A DNA stretch of 64,000 nt, from positions 652 to 64,651 of the forward strand of contig JAVBOD010000006.1 in the NCBI GenBank assembly GCA_031551045.1, read 5' to 3'. The position numbers and the translations under genes were made by a program. Source of the stretch: Bacteroidales bacterium. Lineage in GTDB: Bacteria > Bacteroidota > Bacteroidia > Bacteroidales > UBA932. This document shows, piece after piece, positions 48,323-56,256 of the stretch (positions are counted from its first letter, which is position 1; each line of letters starts with the position of its first letter). The notes beneath the pieces are model-generated. The model was not told the DNA's origin. It saw only the letters and a program-made list of their open reading frames with translations, and made no database searches.

Positions 48323-49390
48323 ATGAAAAATATTTTTACTTATGCATTTTTGCTCCTATTATTGGGGTCTTGTTCTCCCAAGTTGGCAACGAATATCTTG
48401 AAAACTTATCCGCCGTTGGATGCCGCTGCTTACGTATCGGTTTACAGTAATTCGAATCAGGTTCCCTTATCTTCAGAGGCATTAGGAGCTGTGAATATTC
48501 ATGATTCAGGCCTTTCTACACACTGTGATTCGGTAACGGTTTTTACAATGGCGATGAATGAGGCGAGAAAAATAGGTGGCAATGCCTTATTGATTACCGA
48601 GCACCACCGCCCCTCATTTTGGGGTAGTTCATGCCATCAAATCGAGGCTACCATCCTGAAAGTATCGGAGACACCGCAAAACACCTTAGCATTTTCCGAT
48701 ACAATGGCCCGGGAAATGCCTAATGCCTATAATACAATGACAGGTATGATGGCAGAGAAACATGCCGCACGAGAACGCTTATTGCCCCGTATGACATGGG
48801 CTGTTGATGCCGGCTATAGTTGGCGGACAGCCAAAATCAGAGAGGATATAAGTTCTTATGCAATATCATTTTACAAAAAGATGGACGCCGGTTTTACATG
48901 GGATGTTTCCGGGGCATATTTTTTTGCAGACCAACACGGGCTTCAGTTTTCCTTTCAAAATTATCGAGCGTCACATCATGAGTTAGCAACCGATACGGAA
49001 ACCGGTATCTCCGGAATGCTGGAAATTTCCGATTGCATTAATTATATAGGGGCTGCGTACGTTTTCCGCGGAGCAACACGAAATACGAAATGGTTATTTG
49101 ATGTTTCGATAGGGCTTGGCTATATCGGTTATATAAGCAACATGGGCTTTGCGGGAGAGCATACTAAAGCAACAGGCGCCAATGTCGGCTTGCAAACATC
49201 ATTCGGGGTGGAATATATGATTTCACCGGTAATCGGGATAGGTATGAATTTGAAAGCAACCAGTGGGACACTTAGCCAACTTACTTATGAGGAAAACGGT
49301 GTAAAGAGAACGGAAAAATTTAAGGATGAGGAAAGAGAAGGCCTCGGACTGATTAATGCGTTGGCCGGAATTCGGATACATATCAAATAG
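48323..49390 (+). CDS. lipoprotein / outer-membrane protein of unknown function
   Basis: 355 aa from the ATG at 48323 (track start is TTG). Lipobox LLGSC. The C-terminal half has an alternating beta-strand-like pattern. Confidence 0.55.
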   Translation: MKNIFTYAFLLLLLGSCSPKLATNILKTYPPLDAAAYVSVYSNSNQVPLSSEALGAVNIHDSGLSTHCDSVTVFTMAMNEARKIGGNALLITEHHRPSFWGSSCHQIEATILKVSETPQNTLAFSDTMAREMPNAYNTMTGMMAEKHAARERLLPRMTWAVDAGYSWRTAKIREDISSYAISFYKKMDAGFTWDVSGAYFFADQHGLQFSFQNYRASHHELATDTETGISGMLEISDCINYIGAAYVFRGATRNTKWLFDVSIGLGYIGYISNMGFAGEHTKATGANVGLQTSFGVEYMISPVIGIGMNLKATSGTLSQLTYEENGVKRTEKFKDEEREGLGLINALAGIRIHIK

Positions 49391-49720
49391 TCGTTAAATT
49401 TTTCCTAGTAAATAGTAAAAAATACAATCTTTTATTTACAAAAAAAATAGTGTATTGAATATTAGTAAATTATAAAATAAGTTGATATTTTTTTATTCTA
49501 ACACTTGTTAATCTAAAAAATATTTTATATACTTGCACATTGAATCTAAATTAGCTTACAAAAGATTCGCTTTTCTAAAAAAAAAAACCGTGTTTGAGTA
49601 GTTGAAGGGAGAAAAGATAAGAGGAGCCTTTCCTGTATTTTGTTCTGTATGTATGGTTAACAAAAACACGGCATATTGCCGGAAAAAATATAAAATGAAC
49701 GAGGCCGTTTGAAAAGTCTT

Positions 49721-49781
49721 TTTTAACCGCTAAGTTCGCAAAGAAAGCGCGAAGGACATCATTGCGAGGAACGAAGCAATC
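49721..49781. repeat. repeat remnants (family D inverted fragment plus family B-variant solo arm)
   Basis: TTTTAACCGCTAAGTTCGCAAAGAAAGCGCGAAGG, then CATCATTGCGAGGAACGAAGCAATC. These explain the spurious 123-aa antisense ORF 49575-49946. Confidence 0.7.
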
Positions 49782-50051
49782 TCTGATGTTTTTCGAACAT
49801 GGAGTGTTGAATTTTGGAAAAAGGAAATTAAATGATATAGTAGTAATTGAAATCCAGAAGGAAGAAAAGGGGCGGAAATTGTGAAGCTCGGTAAAAGTCC
49901 AACAACCCACCCCTACTTCCTTTCTATAAAAAAGGAGGTGCCCCAAAGATACATAATTTTTTTAATATGCAGCACTTGCTGTGTGGGCTGTTGAAATGAT
50001 AGATACGGCCCGCTATAGTTATTTATTTAAACAATTTAAAATTAAAAGATT

Positions 50052-50240
50052 ATGAAAAAGTTAGCATTAAGTCAAATGGAACAAGTGAATGGTGGTATAA
50101 CAATGTCTGAGGAAAAATGTAATAAAGCTGCAAAAGTAGCTACTGTTGCGAGTATTTTAAGCTGTTTTAGTGCACTTATCTTTGCTCCAACTGCTATTGG
50201 ATTAGCTGTAGGCTCATGGATAGGTGGATGCTATGATTAA
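50052..50240 (+). CDS. double-glycine-leader precursor peptide (candidate class II bacteriocin)
   Basis: 62 aa. The leader MKKLALSQMEQVNGG has hydrophobic residues at -4, -7, -12 and -15 and GG at -2/-1. The predicted 47-aa core ITMSEEKCNKAAKVATVASILSCFSALIFAPTAIGLAVGSWIGGCYD is amphipathic to hydrophobic and has 3 Cys. A C39-ABC exporter lies 3 kb downstream. Confidence 0.75.
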   Translation: MKKLALSQMEQVNGGITMSEEKCNKAAKVATVASILSCFSALIFAPTAIGLAVGSWIGGCYD

Positions 50241-50276
50241 ATCATTAATGAATAATGTCCCAATCTATAAAATAAT

Positions 50277-50672
50277 ATGATGTCAAAAGTAAATATTAAA
50301 AATGGATGTTTATTCTCGTTTCAACCAATTGATGTTTTTATAGGAGACGAACTTATTCGTGTCAAAAACAATCAAATAAGAACGATTGAGGTGCCTATGG
50401 GAAACTATACAATTAAAGCACAGCAATTTTGGTCGTCAGGTTACGAACAAATGAATATAAAGACAGAGATAGCTTCTATAGTTATCCGTAGAAGAGTCCC
50501 TGAGTTTGTGCGAGCATTAGCAATCGGCTTCTTAATAATGGTTTTTGTTCTATTTTCTTTTTCTATGATAAGCATTTCTCTGACTATGATTGCGACTACC
50601 TCTATTGCCGTACTTAGTTTGTTAGATAGCATATTTGCTAAAAAACACTATTTCAAGATACGACCGGCATAA
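50277..50672 (+). CDS. small membrane protein (soluble N-terminal beta-rich domain plus 2 TM); candidate immunity/accessory protein
   Basis: 131 aa, 36 nt after the peptide gene. C-terminal TM pair ALAIGFLIMVFVLFSFSMISISLTMIATTSIAVLSLL. No family recognised. Confidence 0.55.
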   Translation: MMSKVNIKNGCLFSFQPIDVFIGDELIRVKNNQIRTIEVPMGNYTIKAQQFWSSGYEQMNIKTEIASIVIRRRVPEFVRALAIGFLIMVFVLFSFSMISISLTMIATTSIAVLSLLDSIFAKKHYFKIRPA

Positions 50673-50697
50673 ACAACGTCTCTCTAATCATTATTTG

Positions 50698-50754
50698 AAT
50701 ATACTGATATTTATTTATTACAATATATTGAGATTAATAGGATATCAGTATATT
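50698..50754. terminator. 13-bp perfect inverted repeat between the first cassette and the decayed second peptide gene (attenuator/terminator or binding site)
   Basis: AATATACTGATAT (50698-50710) and ATATCAGTATATT (50742-50754) with a 31-nt AT-rich spacer. Confidence 0.35.
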
Positions 50755-50762
50755 AAAAAATC

Positions 50763-50963
50763 ATGAAAAAGTAGCATTAAATCAAATGGAACAAGTGAAT
50801 GGTGGTGATGGTTGGGCATTTTGGGATAAAACATGTGCCCTTTGGGGGAGCAAGTCGTATACTTAAAATAGTGTCCTATGTAACTCCTGCCACCGCAGCC
50901 TTGGCGACAGCTGCAGACATAACTTGCGCTACTTACGCCATTGTCAGAGTCGCAACTTCGTAG
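50763..50963 (+). pseudogene. second GG-leader peptide gene, disrupted by two single-nucleotide frameshifts
   Basis: The leader DNA matches 50052-50096 except for a 1-nt deletion (AAGTTAGC to AAGTAGC, giving MKK-stop) and one substitution. Reading resumes at ATGGAACAAGTGAATGGTGGT. A second shift occurs at the G5 run (50844-50848). The reconstructed core is DGWAFWDKTCALWGASRILKIVSYVTPATAALATAADITCATYAIVRVATS. Confidence 0.55.
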
Positions 50964-50971
50964 TTTGAAAT

Positions 50972-51164
50972 ATGCATTATGAAATGATTAACTAAGTTAA
51001 ATTGGCTCTTGTGGTTTCTATTGGTACTTGTATGCGTGTGTTTCTTTATTTTTGATAACAATAGTATTTACTATAAAATATCACTAGTATGCTGTGCTAT
51101 GATACTACTCTTCATAGCTGTTAAGAATACAATGGAATTTGTAAAAAACATACGCAAAAAATAA
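50972..51164 (+). pseudogene. possible frameshifted small 2-TM protein (decayed immunity-type gene)
   Basis: ATG at 50972 gives MHYEMIN-stop. The adjacent frame (50988-51164) is open and reads ...LNWLLWFLLVLVCVCFFIFDNNSIYYKISLVCCAMILLFIAVKNTMEFVKNIRKK, with no ATG near its 5' end. Confidence 0.3.
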
Positions 51165-51269
51165 TAAGACCATCACACTTGGATGATTTTAAAGTAGGAG
51201 AACTGGTTGCATAAAATAATTACTCCTGCAACCAGTTTTTCTATAACTATTATTTGATTATTATTGATT

Positions 51270-51470
51270 ATGGCCAAGAAAACAGATTATCTTCCTGCTG
51301 GATTTTATCGTGGACTGCTCATATTTTGGATATTATATTCCATAGCAAATATCGTTCGTTTATTTTTGCAAGAAGCGTTTTCTATTGACATTGTTCTTCT
51401 TATGATTTGTGGCGGATGCGGCATTCTGTCTTGTATTTTTACGTTACAAAAAATCAAAAAATCCGATTAA
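51270..51470 (+). CDS. 66-aa two-TM hydrophobic protein
   Basis: MAKKTDYLPAGFYRGLLIFWILYSIANIVRLF...LLMICGGCGILSCIFTL from the ATG at 51270 (track start is TTG). No family recognised. Confidence 0.45.
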   Translation: MAKKTDYLPAGFYRGLLIFWILYSIANIVRLFLQEAFSIDIVLLMICGGCGILSCIFTLQKIKKSD

Positions 51471-51492
51471 ACTTTTAATGTGTAAAATGTTT

Positions 51493-51642
51493 ATGAAAAA
51501 AGTTATTCTAACTGCAATGATAGCGCTATTATTAATAGCGGCCATGCTAATGCTTCTCGAAATAACAACCAATAAGTATGTCATTACTTCAATTTATTTT
51601 GAGTTGGCTATTCTGTTGGTTATCACAATATATAAAAAGTAG
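51493..51642 (+). CDS. ~49-aa two-TM hydrophobic protein
   Basis: MKKVILTAMIALLLIAAMLMLLEITTNKYVITSIYFELAILLVITIYKK. Alternative ATGs at 51478 and 51487. Confidence 0.4.
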   Translation: MKKVILTAMIALLLIAAMLMLLEITTNKYVITSIYFELAILLVITIYKK

Positions 51643-51704
51643 CAAGATTCATGCTCACGAACCCTACAAATATTCATAAATCGCTATACTAAACTTTATT
51701 ATTT

Positions 51705-52349
51705 ATGAAGTCGTTTTTAGAAGAACTTTATAATTGCAAAAAAAGCTATTTTTTTTTGGGCTTGATAGTGTTTCTGCTATTTATTAGCATCATTCAGAAA
51801 AAGCTGTTCTTTACCGAAAATTTGTATTACCAAACCTACGGTGAGCAACTGAGCATAGAGCGTATCGATGAAATGTGGGAAGTAGGCAAACAATGGGAAT
51901 GGATCGGCTATTTGCTGCTGCCCGTCATCATTCTATTGCGCGTGTCGTTTACAGCTCTTTGCCTTTACACGGGTTTGTTTTTTGGTAGCCATCAAGATAA
52001 ATCGTTCGGAGCCTGCTTCAACATCGCCCTAAAGGCCGATATGGTGTTTGCTGTGGCAGCGGCTGGTAATCTTATTTATTTTCTTTTTGCAGGAGCCGCT
52101 ACGCTTGCAGATTTAAGCATCTCGCCGTTTTCGCTCTTATTTTATGTCTATCACCCGCAAATGCCGGTGTATCTCAATTATCCGTTAGCCTTGGTCAATG
52201 TGTTCGAAATTCTCTATTGGCTGCTGTTGGCGGCGTTTGTAGCCTACGCATTCCGGAAAACGTTTGCAAAAGGGATGGAATTTGTGTTTCAAACCTACGG
52301 TGTCGGCCTGCTATTGTGGGTGCTGGTCATGATTTTAATTACGATGTGA
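51705..52349 (+). CDS. 214-aa polytopic membrane protein of unknown function
   Basis: About 5 TM segments. No CPBP/Abi motifs were seen. Last gene of the AT-rich part of the island. Confidence 0.6.
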   Translation: MKSFLEELYNCKKSYFFLGLIVFLLFISIIQKKLFFTENLYYQTYGEQLSIERIDEMWEVGKQWEWIGYLLLPVIILLRVSFTALCLYTGLFFGSHQDKSFGACFNIALKADMVFAVAAAGNLIYFLFAGAATLADLSISPFSLLFYVYHPQMPVYLNYPLALVNVFEILYWLLLAAFVAYAFRKTFAKGMEFVFQTYGVGLLLWVLVMILITM

Positions 52350-52385
52350 TACCTAATGATCTTCCAATTGTAAACCGGTATTTTG

Positions 52386-52520
52386 CCGTCTGTTTTAGCT
52401 GACGGACAATTGGCAAGTATGTTATACAAGTGCGGAGCAATTATTTTTTTTGAGATACAGACGGTATTCCGCGCTCAGTTCATCGGCTGTATTTTGTAAT
52501 CCGTCAGCTAAAGCGGACGG
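52386..52520. repeat. family C repeat locus (degenerate and intact CCGTCAGCTAAAGC(T/G)GACGG hairpins)
   Basis: CCGTCTGTTTTAGCTGACGG-ACAATTGG (52386-) and CCGTCAGCTAAAGCGGACGG-CAATTGAATG (52501-52520). The upstream CAATTGTAAAC matches 17347. Confidence 0.75.
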
Positions 52521-52557
52521 CAATTGAATGTATATAAAATTTGAATTTTAAATCTTT

Positions 52558-53061
52558 ATGCTGAAAATTATTATTCGTATTGCGCTTATAGCAGCTATTG
52601 CGGCTTTAGCCGTGGTTGTGGTATTAAAGCTAAACCATAAAAAAAAAGTGGCGGAACAAATCGCTTTGCTGCCCGGTTTTGCTTTTCCATTAGTTCCTTC
52701 GGGGAATATTGCTACGGACAATTTACCGGCAAAAACCACCTTTGTTATTTTCTTCAATCCGGGCTGTGGACACTGCGAGTACGAAGGACGCGAGCTCAGC
52801 CGCGCGCAGGAAGCTTTTAAAGAGGCTACGGTGCTTATGGTTAGCACCGCCCCGCGCGACAGTATTATCGACTACCGCCACCGGTATGGATTCGACACTA
52901 TTCCGCATTTTTACACGGCTATAGATAGCACCTATATGAGCCTGCCGCTGTTCGACGTAAAATCTATTCCCACCGTATTTATTTACGACACCGAACGTCG
53001 CTTACGGAAAACATTTTTCGGCGAAGTAAAAATAGAAGCCCTGTTATCTTACATTCCATAA
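52558..53061 (+). CDS. membrane-anchored thioredoxin-fold protein (TlpA/redoxin-like) with CGHC active site
   Basis: 167 aa. N-terminal TM anchor (IALIAAIAALAVVVVL), then the thioredoxin motif FFNPGCGHCEYE. Ends 6 nt before the ABC exporter gene. Confidence 0.8.
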   Translation: MLKIIIRIALIAAIAALAVVVVLKLNHKKKVAEQIALLPGFAFPLVPSGNIATDNLPAKTTFVIFFNPGCGHCEYEGRELSRAQEAFKEATVLMVSTAPRDSIIDYRHRYGFDTIPHFYTAIDSTYMSLPLFDVKSIPTVFIYDTERRLRKTFFGEVKIEALLSYIP

Positions 53062-53067
53062 ACAAGC

Positions 53068-55149
53068 ATGCAGCCTCTTACTTTAAAACATATCGAAAAA
53101 ACACTGGTACGTCAGCATAACCAATCGTGGTGCGGCTTAGCGTGCTTGGCATCTATTGTAAAATATTTTGGAGGCAACATTCCGCAGGAAAAACTGCAAG
53201 CACAAAGCGGGACATCGCTTACCGGCACCACCTTGTTAGGTTTGTATCAAGCAGCTAACAACATAGGTTTAGCAGCCGAAGGCTTCGAAGCAGAAATTGA
53301 AAACCTTCAGGAAATTACCGCTCCGGCTATTTTACATGTAACCTTAGACGACGGGTTGGAACACTATGTGGTTTGTTACGGGCATTCACCAAGCGGTTTT
53401 GTGATTGGCGATCCGGCAAAAGGCATCGCTATTATGACGGAAAAGGATGTTGAGCATTTCTGGAAAAGTAAAAAACTATTATTGGTTGAAAAAGGAGAAA
53501 AATTTCAAACAACGAGCGATGTAGCCAAACATAAACAGGCATGGTTAAAATCGTTGTTAAAGCCCGATATATCCATTCTTTCCATTATCGCCGTACTTGG
53601 CATGGTGGTGTCGGTTGCCGGTATTTCGCTGGCCATCTTTTCGCAAAAACTCATCGACCAGATTTTACCGGCTAAAGATTTTCAAAAATTGTGGGTGGGT
53701 GTGATCGTTTTAGGCTTGCTGTTATTGGCTAAAAATGGCTTGGGCTATCTTCGTGGCGTATTAGTGGCGCGGCAAAGTAAAGATTTTTCGAACCGTATTG
53801 TCGGGAGTTTCTACAATCTGATTTTATATCTTCCCAAATCATTTTTCGACAGTCTGAAAACCGGTGAAATTACTGCCCGTCTGAACGATGCTTCGCGCAT
53901 CCAGCGGACGATAAACTATGCTTCAGGTACTTTACTCGTCGATATATTAACGGTTGTTATCTGCACCGTTTTACTATTCAACTATTGGTGGGCAAGCGGC
54001 GTGGTCACGCTCATCGGCGCGTTACTTTTTGCACTTATATTTATGGAATACAGTAAAAAAATTATTGCCGGACAGCGTAGCGTGATGATGTCGTATGCCG
54101 GCGCCGAAAGTAATTTTTTCGATACGGTACAGGGCGTAGAAGTCATTAAGTCGAATAATAAGGAAGACTTTTTTACAAACTACACCAAGCATATTTACGC
54201 TACCTTTCAAACATCCATTTATGATTTGGCACTACTGGGAAACCGCGTGGGATTCCGTGTAGAAAATGTAGGAACATTAGCTATCCTCGGCGTCATTGTT
54301 TTCAGTTCTTTTGCCGTATTGCACGATGTGTTGAGTTTAGGAGCGTTAGTCGCCGTATTATCATTGTCAGCCTCTGTTATTAATTCGTCTGCATCTTTAT
54401 CGGGCGCTTATATAACGCTGCAAGAAGCAAAAGTAGCCTATGACCGGCTTTATGAGTTTGTAAGTATGGACAAAGAAAGCGATGAGGTCGTACCTCGAAA
54501 AGAAACCGAAACAATAGAAACATTGCAGGTGAAAAATATTCGCTTCCGCTTTCCCGGGCGTCCGTTACTTTTAAATGATGTAAACTTTACCGCCCATAAA
54601 GGAAAGCTCACAGCTATTCTGGGTGAAATCGGTTGTGGGAAAAGTACATTGTTACAAATTTTACAACGATTCTATGACGTAGAAGCCGGTGAAATAGTAA
54701 TGGATGACATTCCGTGGAAATCCTTTCCGCTAAACGATTGGCGTGAAAGAATAGGCGTTATGCCGCAACACATTAAACTATTCAATGCATCACTCATTGA
54801 AAATATTTGCCTGACAAACGATGAAGAAAATATCAAGAGATGTTTGGATTTTTGTGAGCAATTAGGTATCGGTATTTATTTTAATAACTTGCCATTAGGT
54901 ACTCTTACCCGAGTGGGGGAGGACGGCATCAATCTATCGGGTGGGCAACGCCAATTGGTAGGGCTGTGCCGCGCTTTATATAAAAATCCCGCTATCCTTC
55001 TATTGGACGAACCGACAAACAATATGGACAAATCTACCATTCAGTTTGTGTGGAATTTATTGGAGCGTGAAAAACATCAACGCATTTGTGTACTGGTTAC
55101 GCACAATGAAGTATTGGCTGCAAAAGCGGAACTGGTGATTAATCTATAA
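53068..55149 (+). CDS. peptidase-C39-domain ABC transporter (bacteriocin/GG-peptide processing and export ATPase-permease)
   Basis: 693 aa. C39 triad context is QSWCGLACL (Cys), EHYVVCYG (His) and GDPAKG (Asp). Six-TM ABC membrane domain. Walker A GEIGCGKST, signature LSGGQRQ, Walker B ILLLDEPT, H-loop VLVTHN. Confidence 0.92.
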   Translation: MQPLTLKHIEKTLVRQHNQSWCGLACLASIVKYFGGNIPQEKLQAQSGTSLTGTTLLGLYQAANNIGLAAEGFEAEIENLQEITAPAILHVTLDDGLEHYVVCYGHSPSGFVIGDPAKGIAIMTEKDVEHFWKSKKLLLVEKGEKFQTTSDVAKHKQAWLKSLLKPDISILSIIAVLGMVVSVAGISLAIFSQKLIDQILPAKDFQKLWVGVIVLGLLLLAKNGLGYLRGVLVARQSKDFSNRIVGSFYNLILYLPKSFFDSLKTGEITARLNDASRIQRTINYASGTLLVDILTVVICTVLLFNYWWASGVVTLIGALLFALIFMEYSKKIIAGQRSVMMSYAGAESNFFDTVQGVEVIKSNNKEDFFTNYTKHIYATFQTSIYDLALLGNRVGFRVENVGTLAILGVIVFSSFAVLHDVLSLGALVAVLSLSASVINSSASLSGAYITLQEAKVAYDRLYEFVSMDKESDEVVPRKETETIETLQVKNIRFRFPGRPLLLNDVNFTAHKGKLTAILGEIGCGKSTLLQILQRFYDVEAGEIVMDDIPWKSFPLNDWRERIGVMPQHIKLFNASLIENICLTNDEENIKRCLDFCEQLGIGIYFNNLPLGTLTRVGEDGINLSGGQRQLVGLCRALYKNPAILLLDEPTNNMDKSTIQFVWNLLEREKHQRICVLVTHNEVLAAKAELVINL

Positions 55150-55212
55150 GAATAATCAACTAAGAACAAAAGCCGGTAAAAGCAATTCTTTAGTGGGAAA
55201 TGACTGTAAATT
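55093..55212. repeat. direct repeat copy 1 (3' end of the ABC gene plus downstream flank)
   Basis: 117/120 identical to 56137-56256, with three T/C differences. Weaker similarity continues to ~55230. Confidence 0.9.
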
Positions 55213-55250
55213 CTTCTTAGTCCCTTTTTTATTAATTGTTTAAAAATAGC

Positions 55251-56135
55251 ATGAAATATCAATTATTAACAGTTCTTCTCTTGAACGTATTTTTCTCAGT
55301 CGGTTTAACAGCACAAATAATAATTGCCGACGCTGAAACAAAGGAGGTTTTTCCCTACGTTACAGTAATCTTCCTTAAAGAACAAAAGGGAATCTATACT
55401 GACGAACAGGGCAGATTTATTGTACCTACAGAATATCACGAAAAGGATAGTATTCTCCTGCAAATGATGGGGTATCATGACTTACGGACAATCATTGCCT
55501 CCTTATCCGGAACTGTTTATTTAACCCCAAAAACGTATGTACTGAACGAAGTAGTAATACGCCCTCTAAAAGTACATACAAGAATAGTGGGAGATCTAAA
55601 AAAAAGAAGAAGAGAAGTGTTTGGAAGGTGGTATGATAAAGCAAGTGGAAAACCCGTGTTTGACCCAACTATTATAGCAACCTATGTCAGTAGCAATAAA
55701 TATCAGTTGTGTCCCATCGAAAAATTGTATTATCGCTACCAAGTGCAAGATAAGTCGGTAAGTTTTATAGTACGCCCACAAATTTACAGTGTAACCAGCG
55801 ACGGAAAACCCGGTGTATCCTTGCTAAACAAAAGTCAAGTGATAGAACTGCGGGGTCAAGGGATATTGGAAGTCAACATTCGAGATGAATGGATTTCCCT
55901 GCCTCCCGAAGGAATATTTGTGGCGATGGAAATCATCCAAGAGATTAATAACAAGAGTGAGGAAAGTTCGCATGAAGAGCCATTTCCAATCTTTCCTGTT
56001 ACATCTCGGAAGTTGGAAACATTTTTTATTGATATTAATAAAATATATGAATGGCAACTTATCGGTTTTCCAGAAAATAATTCACACATAAAATATCCGT
56101 TTGCCATAGGCATTAGAGAAAATAATAAGAATTAG
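55251..56135 (+). CDS. secreted protein with carboxypeptidase-regulatory-like N-terminal domain, C-terminal part unknown
   Basis: 294 aa from the ATG at 55251. Signal peptide LLTVLLLNVFFSVGLTAQ, then IIIADAETKEVFPYVTVIFLKEQKGIYTDEQGRFIV (CarboxypepD_reg-like). AT-rich. Bracketed by the 120-nt direct repeat. Confidence 0.65.
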   Translation: MKYQLLTVLLLNVFFSVGLTAQIIIADAETKEVFPYVTVIFLKEQKGIYTDEQGRFIVPTEYHEKDSILLQMMGYHDLRTIIASLSGTVYLTPKTYVLNEVVIRPLKVHTRIVGDLKKRRREVFGRWYDKASGKPVFDPTIIATYVSSNKYQLCPIEKLYYRYQVQDKSVSFIVRPQIYSVTSDGKPGVSLLNKSQVIELRGQGILEVNIRDEWISLPPEGIFVAMEIIQEINNKSEESSHEEPFPIFPVTSRKLETFFIDINKIYEWQLIGFPENNSHIKYPFAIGIRENNKN

Positions 56136-56136
56136 G

Positions 56137-56193
56137 CTGGTTACGCACAATGAAGTACTGGCTGCAAAAGCGGAACTGGTGATTAATCTATAA
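56137..56193 (+). pseudogene. orphan 3' fragment (last 18 codons plus stop) of a C39-ABC transporter gene
   Basis: Translates to LVTHNEVLAAKAELVINL-stop, identical to the C-terminus of the 53068-55149 product. The one nucleotide difference is synonymous (TTG to CTG). Confidence 0.7.
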
Positions 56194-56256
56194 GAATAAT
56201 CAACTAAGAACAAAAGCCGGTAAAAGCAATTCTTTAGCGGGAAATGACTGCAAATT
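56137..56256. repeat. direct repeat copy 2
   Basis: See copy 1. It starts 1 nt after the stop codon of the 294-aa gene. Confidence 0.9.

Noticed and set aside
49575-49946. 123-aa minus-strand ORF just upstream of the GG-peptide gene.
   Set aside because: It spans repeat remnants (translated as IRDCFVPRNDV and AFFANLAVKK). The surroundings are AT-rich and non-coding in appearance, and there is no signal or motif.
49881-49998. Mini-ORFs before the peptide gene: a GTG-initiated 39-aa frame ending ICSTCCVGC, a frame containing KKGG, and ATG-MQHLLCGLLK. There is also an AAGGAGGTG Shine-Dalgarno-like string at 49932.
   Set aside because: There is no ATG for the Cys-rich frame. The KKGG frame has no start and no leader-like hydrophobic pattern. 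The SD-like string is ~30 nt from the nearest ATG, and Bacteroidota rarely use SD. Most likely chance, though ribosome profiling would settle it.
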